Of a stretch of DNA of 64,000 nt, positions 9,781 to 24,043 are shown piece by piece (the stretch's first letter is position 1; each line of letters begins with the position of its first letter). The position numbers and the translations under genes were made by a program. The notes below the pieces were generated by a model. It made no database searches and was not told the origin of the DNA. It saw nothing but the letters and a program-made list of their open reading frames with translations. The stretch is from positions 1-64,000 of the forward strand of contig PDIP01000029.1 of the NCBI GenBank assembly GCA_002811645.1, in the 5' to 3' direction. This stretch comes from Corallochytrium limacisporum Hawaii. Taxonomy: Eukaryota; Protista; Pluriformea.

Positions 9781-12700
9781 TCCTTCTGCTGCAATAAATG
9801 TTTATACATTGTCCATTCATCTTTATTCTCACACAGCCGCCAAACTATTATACTCCCAGCCTACATTATCTCATCACCATTTCATACAACATCCTAAATG
9901 ATTCTGGGGACTAACTCCACTATCTGCCTTAGGTCCGGTAGGGCATCAGAGGTACTGGGGCACTATCTTACTCAATCTGTTTCGCTGGAAATTCGCCTAA
10001 CACAAACTCGAAACCACAAAACGTAGTCATTTGCTGTTCCTTGATGGCGGGAGAAAACATGACGTCCCATCGAAGCAATTGCTCACATTCAAACAGTATG
10101 TCATCCAACTAAGAGGTGGCCCGAATGTAAAGCGGAGAGAAAGTCCATATGGCCCACAGACTGCGGAGAAGCTGTGTAGGAGAAGAAAATCTGGCTGAGT
10201 CCCCTCCAATGTTGTCACATTCTTGCTCTGGTCTAGCCGATGTTCTGACCATCACATGTCAGAGAGATCTATAGTACTCCAAACACCACCGTTTCAACGC
10301 CCACCGATTTCTATGCGCAACGGACGCCGCATCCAACACGTTCCGCTAGATCCGAGGAGGAGAACGCAATATAACCGGAGCTAGTGTGACAGGTTTTGTT
10401 GGCAAAAGGCGGGTTTGTGCGTGTGTGAGTGTGCCACACCCTTTTGTTGGCGGATCTTTGTATGTATGCGTGTACACTTTGTAGAACAATAACAAGACTT
10501 CTGTTCTCATTTCCTACCCTTGGAGGTAGCCTAATTGGCGGTTTGTGTGCACTGTGAGTAAGTACGTGCGTACTCCGTGTGGGTGGGTGAGTAGGTGTTC
10601 TCTGTTGTTCTCCGGTGGCTGTATGTCTGACCGAATCTCAACTGGTTGGCACATATAACTCCTATGGCCCTCTCTGCAGGAGTTCGACAAAGGTGGAAGC
10701 GCAGGAGAACATGTAACAACAAACTGAAACGTTCTTTGCTTTCTCACAGTCCACACGGGACCTTGGCCATGGAATCTAAGCTGGATTCCACTTGGGTTTC
10801 GTACAACATAGGGGCGAGATGAGCGGCATTCATTACCTTGATGGAGCATGCAGTAGAGTACTCAAGTACCCTTGTGCGCGGGTAGTCTGGATCTGCTATG
10901 ATGGCCGATTCATAACCACTCAAGGTCTCCGGCTTTATGAGGGAGCCACCACAGACCCGATTACCATTTGTCCTCCTCTTTGCTGACCTCTCTGCGCCAT
11001 AGTAATGCAGCTTTTGCTTAGCACCGGCTCTCACAGTCAAAGCGGTGAGGGCATTCTATTTGGTCTCTTTTGGATGCGATCGCATCGGTCGTTTGGACTT
11101 CAGAGAGGACGGAGCAGAGTCTGACACAGCTCGTACGTATTACCTTGGGATCCTTTATACGCAACATTGTTTGCCGCACTCCGCTCTTCCATGCCAAAGT
11201 CTCCGACCAACAACTTACAAGACATGAACCAAGGAGGTGGAGGAAAACAGGCCGACTGGGAGTGGTCCCAACGACGAACCTCATGTAGTTCCGTTCTCAT
11301 CAATGCACACTCAAAGATCGGCAACATATGCATTCACAAACTTAATATCCACACATGGTCCGCTGTGATCGGTGTAGCGTTTTCGCGCTCCAGAACATCT
11401 GCCGATTCCTCTTCGTGTTCTTATTGAACCTTTGAAAATTCCTGCACGTCATATCCTTCCTTTATTTCGGCAACACATGTACTGGAGGATAGTCCGGCGA
11501 CGGTCGCAAACCAAGAGAATATTTGTACAATACGCGGCGGGGAAAAATTAGTGCCGCACATACACCTGCCAAAACACATGTGTGTTGTACCTACTCTCTG
11601 CCCCTGCCACCGATCCTGTAGTCTATGGAACAGTCGTCTAAACCATAGGATGCGTGCAAACGGCACGTTCTTCTAAGGAAAATACAAGGACTATGTTGTT
11701 CCACACCAAAAATAAACAAAAAGTAGGAAGGGCCGCATATGTACCCCTTCATCAGCTGAGTGGACAAGATCTTGTGTATATCCAAACAAAATGAAGATCT
11801 GGTGCACGGATCCCGCGTAAGACATGCGTCGTGGTGAAAAAATTTTCTTTGGAACGAATTCAACGCGGCCCCTCAGGGACGAGGTTTGCACCCACTAAAT
11901 AGTCGCTCGAGTCACTCGCGCGATTTGAAAAATGTAGCAACGAGGAAAGTTTTGAAAAACTCTACCTACGCACATCTGATCGTTTGAGGAGGATGAGAAT
12001 ATCTACGGGCCAGCAGCGAGTGTTGGGGTAGAATGTAGAAAGTTCAAATGCACACCATAAGCTTCTCGCAGAAGTCTTAGTCAAGACTCGGGAACCCCGA
12101 CCGGGGATGGCTCCGGAATGCAGAGTCTGAACAGACGGTAGAGAACCGCTAGCATTCATTGTTCCCTACTAAAACATACCATCACATGTCATGGCATTTG
12201 CAGGCACCTTGTCCAATGTGTGAACAAAGTCAGGTAATTGTTCATTTGATGAACCCAGTCTCAATCGGTGATGTTGATGACAAGGTGTCCAAGTCGTTCA
12301 AAAATTGCACACTACCACGATAGCGTTGAAACAAGTTTTCGTGGCAAACCCGTATCATTCGGAGACTTGTCAACCTTTTTGGTCGTATCATCAATGTAGG
12401 TGGTAGTTGCGGACTGATTAGAAAACTGGTTTTATCTCTGAAATGCAGTCAGCACAGAAAAACGGGGCAATGCAGGGAAAACACGCAGGAAGGACACAGG
12501 ACGGACTGATAAAACCATCCAGATGTAGACATTTTGAACTATTGTTCTATATTCATCCAAATATACTCTCAGTGTTGGACATGCAGAGATGATCGTTTAG
12601 TTGATGGAAACGTTGATTGAAGATGCGGTGATGATGTCCCACGACTGTGCACTGCATTGTACAAAGTTTTCCTCCTCCGTCCCCGCACTGTGTCTCTTAA

Positions 12701-15700
12701 CTGGTTCGGGGCTCCAAGAGACTAATCCTACACACACAACGGACCATTGAAAACTCTTGTCCTCCAGTTGGGAACAATCTATGCGGGCCATCTCGTACGG
12801 GTCACACTTTAAGTCTGACAGTCTGGTCGCCCACACTCCTTGTTTCATTTTCGGTTTAATTACTATAGCATTATCTTTGTTGGCTGCGCACTGGGATTAC
12901 ATAGAAGCAAAGACGCAAAACATAAACAGGATATATGACGGAACCCAATCTTAAAGTAAAACGTTGAACCCTAGGCACAAATTCTTGTGGTGATTATCGG
13001 GCCTGTCAATCCCTACCTTTCATTCCATATATGTAATTGGGTTGTCAAAACTTATCAAACAACTAAGCACGAATGTCTAACTCTCCTTCTATTGAACGGT
13101 GTTCCCGTCTGGAATGCTGCTGACCACGAATTGGAATCGTGGGGGGAAGTAGAGAGCGAAGGTTACAGCTCCGAATGCCTAACCTTCACAAGGCAACAAT
13201 CGACGACGTATTCGTTCGCTCGCGGAATCCACAGCACAAGGTGGGTACGGAGACGTAGAAAGGAGGACGCAGCGGAGTAGTCAGCTAATCGTCAGCAGAG
13301 GGTAAGTCTATCAAAATTTTAGTGGTGCGTCGATGCAATTCGTTAACCGCGTCGTCTCCGTGACTATTATCGGATACGACCAACTGTGGCATACATCACG
13401 CATCTTCGACGACCTCTCGCTCGTAGTCCGATACCACAAGTATGCAATACTCAGTGGAATTACAAAGAAATTTCATATTCAAAAACAATTGGAGTCACTC
13501 TCTGTTCACGCCAGAGGTTATCACAGATTGAAAATCAAGACGCCTGACCGCTGGAGCCACCAACGCTCTATACATTGTCACAGTATTCTTCCTTGGAACA
13601 ACAGAATCCGCATTTTGACACGATTATTGTACTATATGTCACATTGTTGTCCAAACATGGAGCAGAAGGGGGCCTGGTAAGGGGTGTGGGGAAAGCATTG
13701 TCTCCATCACAGAACCGCACATGAGACAAAAAGCTGTAGATACCTGCAAAGGCCCACAAGAGTTCACGACTGCTGAGCCCCTTAAGAAGGTTCGGTCCGT
13801 GTGCGTGGTACTGGGTGGGTTTGTCACAAACTGCTGGACCCAAACCTAAGCCTCAATTGGATTATCACTCATCAGATGCTCGGGTCCATCAACAAAAGGA
13901 TAGATTAGCGAATCCACTTTCACACTCCGAAGCGGTTGGGGCGATAGCGATTGAGACAAGTATTTTTTTGAGTTGCTAACCGCACAGGGCGCGTAACGCC
14001 AGCGATACCCAGAGACGAGAGTTGAGATCGTCTTGTTCTCCGACGACAAACCGAGGTCAGATCGCCTTTCCCCGGAGCCAGTGAATAGTGTCCGCGTGTA
14101 CATGTTGATAGTAACTGAGTGTAGGTGTTAGCCTGGTTACCTTCTCAGGAATGGAACAGAGATGCACCGACGTATCTCATTGTGCACATGTTTCTGAAAG
14201 CTACAATGTCTTCGCGGTGTTGATGGTGATGATCTTTACTGGCTTCCGTCTTGATACGGAGGTAATGTGGGATGCAGTTCCCGAATGTGGCCTACGACAA
14301 GCGACAACAAAGCATACTGCCGCTAGCACTTTTTTTGCCTTCCGTGCAATCGCTTATGACGCCATGTCCCCTAGCAAGCAGTGAGGTGCAGTGCAGGTTT
14401 GAGTTGGTTTTGGAACACACTCCAAGTCCGTATTCACGTCCGTGCAGCGAAGAGATAGCTCATAAATGTCCGATGGATGGTAGCAGAGCACCATGCAAGT
14501 CCCCATACTGTATGATGTTCTCGCTACACCAACTAGAATTTCATCTGGAGCTGTTGATGGTGACATCTATGACCACATCAACACCATCAGCCAACATCAT
14601 CGGGTGCGCTGGTGCGAGTGATATTACGTGCTGTAGACAACCACCCCAACTCTGCTTGCCAAACTGCCTTCTGCGTCTCACATGTGAATCCGCCTGAGAG
14701 GCCACTGTCCAAACATAGGAAGTGGGGACTTGTCAAGGAAAAAGATAAAGGTTGAGGAAGTGGTGCGCCCTGTGACATGTAGCGGGCGGTCACTACCGTC
14801 GACACCGCTGGATACCATCAGAAACCGCCTCAACTTGAAATAGAATGCCTTGCATTTTGAAGTAACTCTCATCTGTGCGACACTGGAAACAAGACAAGCA
14901 TTGAAAATTCTAAGGACCTCTGTTCCGGTCGGTCCTATTGCGCCCGTTGTGGAGAACAGTTGATTGCGCTACATGACGCCCAAACAGTTCCGTTTGTGCC
15001 TGAACAACCGCCCTGTAGATTGAGAGCCTTTTCCGCGTTTGATGGAATCTATCCTGAACCAAATGATAAGCTTATTTTCGTCGCTTGCCGTTCTTGGCCA
15101 CAAAGACAGGAAAATGGATTGAACTTTGTTCCAGGGACGGCTGCGTACTTAAACCAAATCTGTTTGTGAGCTTTACGAATCCTTCCGTCCTTGCTCTTAC
15201 TTCAACCTTGCTGAAAGGAAACAGAGGGGTGTGAAGAAGAAAAGAACCAGGAGAATAAGGGCGTAGACAATCTCGGTTGTGAATGCGGGGGCGCATGTTG
15301 TTTTTTCTCATTTTGCTCCTGTACTCAAAGGAGACATCATAGTGCCAAAAAACATGGAGATGTAGGCATCCACAAGGAGACCGTAGGCTGACAGCGAGTC
15401 TCAATCTATCCCGCTTTGTGTGTAACCAAACGTGGTTATTGGTGGAAGAGGAGTACGAGAAAGAATCAACGGAGACAAATCATTGCGCCGCCACGGCTTG
15501 CGGGAAAACACTCCCTTGCAAGGGAAGTGATTTGCGGAGACGGCTTGCTCTCATCATCCGCTTTCGCCCTGGTCTTGTGGCACATGCAAGGCCAAAAAAT
15601 GATGCTGAAGTTTGTACAACATGAATGGCGCCGCATGCAAACTACTCCGCGATGCAGACGTCGGTCTGCAGTGTCTGCTTGCATCCTCTCGAGTCCCAGT

Positions 15701-18700
15701 ACCGTTGAGACAGGAAAACGACAACCCGGTTGGATGACAGAACGCGTGTCTGTGACTCACGTTAGGTCACCTAAGATACTACAGTTGGAACATGGAGAAA
15801 TCCGATGCGTGTTTTGTTTGCAATGAAAAATGGCGAGATGTGTCCCTTTGGTATGTGTATAGGTTCCCCAGCCGGGCAGGTTCTCACCAGCCATGAATGC
15901 GATATGCAGGTACCGTCACCAAAGCACAGACCCAAGTAAATCGGCGGGGCGATAAGACCTTCATTAAACCGCCGCTTAAGGATATACACCAACATTGAGA
16001 AAGCTTAGTGCCGACGTCCATGTCCTCCAGCATGACACCGCCTCCCGTCATGCTAATATCGAAAAATAACCGCAGGACTGCACAATGACGGATCATTTGA
16101 TTGTCTCCGAAACGCGTCAGAAAGAATTTGACAATCAACACCTTTCCCCCGGCCTTTCAACAGCTGAGTCACGCGGCCACAAGCATCTCCGCGCGGCCAG
16201 CCCTAGTGGTTGACCTAAACAACTGCTTTGTTCTACCTCACTGGGTTTGGGGGAGCAGTCCTGAATTTTCTCTAGTTTTGGTTTCGCGTTTGGCAGATGA
16301 GCTAGCCCAGGTGAGCACCATGTGCACGAATCAGCCGACGAAACAGAAAACACTTGGTCCAAAGGGTTAACCAAGGACTGCGCAATAGTTACTTAAACAA
16401 AGGTGATATGTCAAAGATCCGACCACCGTGCCCGGGTTAGGGGTAGGATATGGTTTGGCAGGTGTATTGTTTTTGTAGGGGGAAGAGTGGCTGGGTATTT
16501 GGAAGAGACCATCTATTGATCTGCGAATTAATATATATATATTTCAATGAATGCATAGCATAGACGAATATCGCGGCTTTCATAAGCTTGGCCCCATTTG
16601 GTTGCTGTCCTGGCTGGTTTGTGGCTGCGGAGACACCCAACCGGACACGCACTGAACTACTTTGTAAGAGCTTCATGGCATAAGCATGCGAAGAATGTTT
16701 GGAGCAGACTTAATTGCTTTCCACCAATGCCACGTGTATGGAACATATTCTTTGCCAATTGACTACCAGTCTAAGGTGGCTCGCTAGTGCTTCAGGTTAA
16801 CGCAAAAGTACCACAGCGGCCCGACTTATGATGGACGCTCGTGAAGGGTCCGGCTCACGAACGACACAGCGTTATGTTTACAGACAGACCTGTGGAAATC
16901 CCTTATAATTTGTACGCAATTCGAACTCCTTATTCTGGGAAGAGGAACAGCTGGAATGCCACGGGTGGGCCAACCCCGCCCTGTTTTAAGAAATCTGTAC
17001 TCGACTGCACACAATTTTCAGTTTGGCTGTTGACAATTAATAGGACCTCACGCAGCGGTTACGTCAAACGAGCCCCACTAAACACGATTTTGGTTACGGT
17101 CGTCGTCGAATAATGTTTTTTTTTTTGGGACGGGGTCTTTCGGGAGTGTTTTGGAAGCTTGTGTACTGCTGCTTACGTACACATCTTTACTAAACTTTGG
17201 CAGGCTCTCCATGAACGAAACTCAACGAAAGCATATTGAGGGTTCCACTCCCATCCCACACACAATCTCTGGCAGGCGGTGTTTGTCCTCTGGCCTTTGG
17301 TGATTCTTCTGCAGCGCTGCATTTTCACACTGCGTCCGAATCCAAAACAGAGAGCATGCAATAGAATGTCCCCATATCACGCTTTTTCATGGGGAACATT
17401 GAAACAAGAATATATGTTTATGTGAATATGGTTTTGGAGGTTCATGCTTGTTTGATTGATCTTTACCCTGTAGCCTGGGCCCTCGCTTTGCCCTCGTGTG
17501 CACGTACCTCGCAAGAATAGGGATAGAGCGTTGGTCACAAGTCTTGATGGTGATGTGCGCATCCTCTATGCCGAAGAAACAGGCATTGATGGAGTGCAGT
17601 GATGGACAGAAGACATGCAACACCAAGAATGGATGTGAGGCATCTATGATGTGAAATTGTATGTTCTCTTCTTTCGATGGTTTCTGTTACTTGCAAGGTG
17701 TCACTAAATTACAAACTTGCCTTCAAAAAGAAACCTCAAAGGAAAGAAATAGACGCACATCACGCCTGCATGGTCTGGGTTCCATTAGACCTAGGGACAA
17801 CCGCAGATCAAACGCTCTGCCAACTGCGTGACCGGACTGGCAATGGTGCCTGATCGCGTTCGGACTCGCTGACATTGTGATTCCCGCTTGCGTTCTTACT
17901 TGCACAACCGCTCGCCACCTAAACTCCACTACGATTCTTCCAACTCACTCAAGTTGGCATCGTCAGCTGTCGAGGTTGGCCTTTAAAACATCACCGCCAA
18001 TCTGAAATTCTTGAAAACGAAGCATGTACTCACCATGATACAGTCAATGGGCAATTTGGAATGATGGCGAAAGTAGAAACGCAAACTCAGGGCCAACACA
18101 AAATGGCAGGTGTGGCACTGTAGGTTTGTTCATTGGGGAGAGTCTCTGGAAGCATGACCGCAGACTTATCAACATGCGAGGAATGCATATCAGATCCCAG
18201 TTCAGCAGCGTCAGCATGCATGACTGGATGCCTTTGTCGATGATGTCTGTTTTGTGACCAGCTGTGAGGTGGCAATTTCTGCTGCTTAAACTAGGAGACG
18301 GAGACTCATTTTCGTGTTAGTTGCCTGTTCTGGCTGATGGTGCCTAGTGCCGTGCCAAACCGTGCCCGAATACTGTTGAAGACCACAGGCACCTAGAAAT
18401 ACCATCCACGTCGTTTTCGTCTGTTCATATCCAGCATATCTCATCAACACCCAAACCACCTCCATGTTTGGTGTGCGGTAGTGGGCCAACGGCGCTTCTT
18501 CAGTGAGAAGGGAGGGATTCTCCCTGTCCGCCTTTCCTCTGTTTCTTCGTGTCTTTTCTTCTCTCTCTCTCTCTCTCGTTTCTCACCTCTCAGTATAACA
18601 TATCGAGCAAACTGAATCAACGGAACAGGGATATCAGACTGTGGTTTAAACAGGTTAGGACGAAACTTAGAACACACCCCTACTTAAGCGCCAAGCAAGG

Positions 18701-21700
18701 TCAGGGAGTGGCGTGAGAATATTTATTGCGTGCGTTAAATTCTATCTGTGTTTTTCGCCATATTCTTCCGCCAACGACGATAGTACAATACGTACGGTTT
18801 AACAAGGAACCCCTGAAACCTAACCCACTCTGATGAGCCGCGGATATAGCCGATTTCAGTGCTCTGCCATCAACAGAGGTATCAGAACCACATAGACCTA
18901 CATACTGCGTTTAGTATTGGGAATCTCAGGCCAAGTGTTGATAGGGATGGGGTTCTGTCCCAGTCGCAACCAACTCTCTGGCATCTCACGGACCTAACTT
19001 CTCGCCCTCGTTGTTCCCCATCCGCGTTCCTTGTGCTACGTCTCCCACTCTGTTTCGCTGACGACTGTCAGAGTTAGCTACCGTTCTCGGCACTGAATGA
19101 CGTGTACATTGAACCGCCCGGCTTCGTGAGTCGAGGAAGTAGTGAACGATGTATTTGTCCGCCTGCTGGTACATCCCACCTTTACCGTTCTTTCCCTCTT
19201 GATCCGGTACGACTTGTAGGTGCGTAACAATTGAGACCACAAGTAATCGTTTAGTAACAGAGTTAATAGCCACACAACCGTCGACTTATGGTCCAAGTCA
19301 TTCCCGGCCCGTTTCCCTCTGGAATTCAAGTGCCGATCACACCTCAGCCATGAACCAATATGCGTCAATCTTTCGCCGGTGTGGTCCCCTGTCCTGGGGC
19401 TAAGCACACTAATTAGACCATGGTCTCGGACATGGATTTACGCATAGCACGGAGACCGGTGTTGATCTCTAGGCACATAAGAGACTGCCAGAACGAGATG
19501 GCATGCATGCTCACCTGAACATAAGACTGTCGAACGTCAGCTCTTCAACCCGGCCAGGGCTTACAGCTTCGCATTCTTGGTCTTATATCCACGCATCATG
19601 CTGTTCTTTCGTTGCTCGGTCACGGCACCCACGGTCTCGGGAACTGACAAGCACCAGCCCTTCAAGGTTCGCGCTTGGATGTCTAAGGTGAGGTGATCAA
19701 GGACTGTGCCGCGGACTAACCACCGCGGTTCTGATCTGTATGAGTATGGAAGAACAAACGACGTACGAAATGTTGGCTACGCTTTGCTCATGGGGAAGAA
19801 TCAACCTTCGATCCCTGTACATTCTAATGGACGAGGACTTGACATGCATCACAGTCACCCCTTCTGCTTTTGTCCCTTGGAACAATTTGGCCCTGATACT
19901 TTGCACCAGGACCGGTCTGTGGGATGTATAACTTTATGTCTGCAGGTTTGACAGGTAGCGCGGCACGCATGCGCGGTAATGGATGCAAAGTTGTGTAAAG
20001 AAGGATTTCCTAGGTGGAGTGCTAAGGTTTCGCTGGTCGCGGAGAACGACTCCGTCGAAACAATTATGTTTCAGGAGCCAAGCTTCTGCCATCTTGAACC
20101 CTGAGACGTTTGTTTCTTACGGAACTTGACCGGGTATGAATTCCGCTCGAAAGTGCAATGCCCCGGCCATCTGCCTTTGGACATGAAACATGACAAAAAT
20201 ACCTCAGAACAACGGACCCCGTACCGGTAACAAACAATCTTGTAGAGATCTTTGGAAAGGTCCGGGCCCGTTCCATTTCCTTCTTTCCATTCCCATGGCC
20301 CTGTGATGTGGTGTGAGTCTCAACTCAATCGCCACTTGCATGCTTAAAGAAGCGTATCAGTGTCGACAAGGACAGGGGCGATATAGATGTCAGAGATCGA
20401 TAGTGAGCCCTACTAGACATCAACAAAATTGTGTCTAATCTGTGAGCGAATCACCTTAATTGCATGGGCCGATATTCCCATTTGTACAGATGGTTCGGGC
20501 TTCTCTGAACCGCCCACCCACCCGAATAGACCCTCCCTGCCATTCTATGTTACTCGCATTCGTGCGCAGTCCGTCACCCACCGTTCCCACATTGATAGAC
20601 CGACATCCAAAGAGATGAGAGGGCGACAAGAACAGAGCGGAGGAGTAGAACACCAAGACGCGGGTGAGTGGCATTTGAAAACGACTGCTACGCCGATGCG
20701 CTGCCCCTACAATATTCACGGGAAGTCCGGTATTCTATCACGACTAAACACGAGAAACAGATATCTTGGCAATTGTATACACAGTGGACGTATTCACATG
20801 GCCCAACGTGTCCAGCGGGCCGCTAAGTGATAGCTCAACACTGCTACTTTTGATTTAGCTGGTGTGTTCAGCTCCACGTTCTCCACCAAAAGCGTCACTG
20901 TGGTCTCCTTTGGCACCGGTGCTGACTTGACCGGACAACATTCCATAGTAAAAAATGTAGGCGGCAGCGTTGTTAATTGCCAGAACTCCGCAAATTCCGA
21001 ATGTCTAGAACGGGACTGGCTGCCGAAGCCACCTCCCATTTCCAGCAACCATGGCCTTCTATCCTCCAAGGAGCCAAACCATGAATGAGCTTCTGGACCG
21101 TCTGGGGGTGCTGCGCTGCTTGAATTAAAGTCGCCGCTAGCACTACCACACCCATGCCCCAGCTGAGCGAAATTAAGATTGTACTAGTTAACCCACCGCC
21201 CGGACACTTTCCACATTGAGTCTAGTACCGCAAATTATTTTAGCCGCGCATCAACCCCTTTGATACAGTGGATGTGAGCATATCAATTCTGTGGTCATGT
21301 CCTTCTTTGGCCAGACCAAACACCCAATAAACGGCCGACTCGTGTGGGTCAATCACAATATCTTATTAAGTATGACAATCCCTTGGGACCAAAGAGGACT
21401 GTGCAAGCTGATGCGAAGTCAGGATGCTCGGTTGCAGGTGTTCAAGAGTTGAGACCCAAGATGTGGTCGAGGATGAATTAGTATTCCCTCCAACAACCCC
21501 GAGGGCTACTTGTCGCTTTGTCACCATCACTGGGTTAGCACCCTCTCCGTTATCATTCCACTTTGCCCCAATCCTCTCTCTTTTCTATGTACAACAGGAG
21601 CATGCTGTTTTCAGCAGCCATACCCGCTACGTTCCGTGAATCATGATATTTCGTGACCCCTACCGTGCTAGCAATTTTCCTTGTTGGTGGTGAGTGTCCT

Positions 21701-22492
21701 TGCTGGGTATGAAAGAATCAGATTATCCACGGGGTTTCACCACTGTATGAGCTCGGTACGCGTACACAACACTGCGCTACCACTGTCCATTTGCCTCTTT
21801 TGTGTGTGAAGCGAAGGATCCCACAGGCACATAACCGTTCTACTCCTGTAGAGTCGGGTATATCTCACCGCGAGGGCCTTCTTAGCCATGTAACTGGGCT
21901 GTCCTTCAGCGGCCAAAAATCTCTGTACAGTGTGGAGCTGTGTAATGTCATTGAGTGTGGGCGAGGGGTTGGGGTTGGCCATTATGTGTTGATTTCTGGA
22001 TTTCTTTTGATCAAATATCTTTCCCAGTATCGATAGGATGTGAGACTGATGGATTCATTGATTTCTGTCTTTGATTTAATGCTTTCAAGGATAAAATATG
22101 GAGAATCAAATCTGGCAGTTTCGCCCCTTTTTTCTCCCGGCAGCGATCCGCAGAAACCCAACCTCACAACGGCAAGCGCCCTTGCTCCTGCTCTCAACCA
22201 GACCTCATCGCCAGCATACGACACCCAATACATAACGTTAGAAGCCAGGATATCAGGCAGTCCATGTAACGTATGGCTCTGAGTGCGCACGGCCCCCTCG
22301 AGAATTTGAGAACATCTGTGCTCTTGTTGAAGCCGTAAGACTATTTGAAGCCTCGGGATGCGGCCTATCATGGACTGCTGACTCGGCCGCTGTGACACCA
22401 GACTGAGCCAACCGTACACTATACTCTGGTCGTGGTTCTTAAAGATTTCCGAGGGGTGCTTTTAGACAGGGAGCTTGGGCTTCGTACGATAG

Positions 22493-23541
22493 ATTGATAA
22501 TTCAATCACCCTGTCTGTCAAGGTAGATCCCGTCAACAATCGTATGGCCTATCAGAGTCGTGGAATTAGTAAGGTCCTGGAGGACATGTACAACAATGAT
22601 GACATCGAGTGCCAGACCAAGGCCATTTACATTCTCCGTGAATTTGTTCATGACCATCGGTAGCTGACCATTGCACAGTCCGTTGTTGTTCTGGAGGCTC
22701 TGAATGACTTGTTGACCAAGCAGGCAGCTGATGGTGGTCTGTTGGGGGTCATGACTGATATTTACGAAACCATTACCAGAACCCATGTGGGAATAACTTT
22801 CGTATTCAACAGCTCTGTTCTCGAAATCTTCAATGAGAAATACAATGCAATGAAGTCCAAGTGCCAGATCACAATTCTCCGGATGATCAGCAACCTGGCT
22901 AACTCTCCCATTGAGAGTCAGATCAAACCACTCTACGATGCCAATTGGCCCCAGACACTGACCGAACTCGTAAAAACCTCCGACGATGGGCAGGTTCAGG
23001 TGCTGATCCATGTCCTAAACTCGAATGAGGGTATGCTACGCTATGACACTGACTGTTTCTTGAGTCTGGACACAATCGAATTGTACATAGCGTGGACAGA
23101 TATTAAGTACCTGGTTCTGAACTGCATCCAAGGCCTGGCCTTTGAGCAGCAAGGTAAGCTGCAAATTGTGGTCACGGACCGGGTTAAGATCTTGTGGTAC
23201 GCCTTTCGGACCCTTCTTCTTCTGTCTGCAGTGCTGCCTCTGCTTGCCTGGCCACCATGTGCGTTGACAGAGCAGCCAAGGCACATTTGGCCAATGTTGC
23301 TCTCGAAACCTTCACATCACTGCTCAGTGCTCCGGACTATCACGCCAAGCTGAACGTCATCAAGCTCATAACTATTATTGGGGAGCATCAATCTGGCCGT
23401 ATCAAGCTCCAAAAGATTGTTCCCGATATTAAAGGCGTCAAGGAAGCAGCTACAAACGACCTCGAAAAGGATCAGGGGCTACAGGACGCCGTGCTCAGGG
23501 CCTGCGACCGCTGCACAGATGTCATTTTGTGGAAACCTTGA
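22493..23541 (+). pseudogene. RSPH14: Radial spoke head protein 14 (RSPH14/RTDR1, ARM-repeat) homolog, disrupted
   Basis: Reconstructed product ...VDPVNNRMAYQSRGISKVLEDM...QTKAIYILREFVHDHR*LTIAQ...LAFEQQGKLQIV...[fs]VVRLSDP...AKLNVIKLITIIGEHQSGRIKLQ...LRACDRCTDVILWKP. It is colinear with RSPH14 as recalled (AYG.RALPKL...D.MHD; GK.QV; RLNA.K..T.LAE..EGR; C-terminal I.[FW]KP). In-frame TAG at 22661, 1-nt frameshift at ~23193, no ATG at the expected N-terminus. Confidence 0.8.
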
Positions 23542-24043
23542 AACTAGTATATTCAATCAACATATAGGCAATGCAGGCCACAAAGTTAATGAATCGTAAT
23601 ATGTCTGACGAACCCATTTCTCACACAACGAGTTCGGCCCCGCTCCAGCCATGTCCCGTCAGATATGATACTCAAATGACACCAAGACAGTGCAACCTTC
23701 TTCCTCACTCCCCGCCCTCACTGATCCCATCCATAGACTCCCCTTTCCCGGGTCCGCGTGACCCACCCCCCACCCTCCTGGAGAGAGGGGCACGCCCTGG
23801 ATAGTACACGGACAAGCTCTCCCCACTGAGCAACATTCACTGTTTACGTAAGGCTTGGTACTTGACACAGAAGGCTCATGTCAACTTTGGTGTGTACTTT
23901 ATAGCATTGTTTTTATTAAGGAGTAGTCATGAAAGAAATATGACCCCCATAACAAAACTGGATCACCGGGTGTGAACAGGCCTAGGTAGGATCTAACCTT
24001 TGGGTGGTTAATTCAGTGATGCCCATTGAGAACTTGGATAAAC

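Noticed and set aside
16434-16447. Interstitial telomere-like GGGTTAGGGGTAGG
   Set aside because: About two imperfect units; expected by chance.
20794-21155. Possible deaminase-like fragment (SRSRHSEF) on the minus strand
   Set aside because: No downstream PCxxC motif; the similarity is too short to support.
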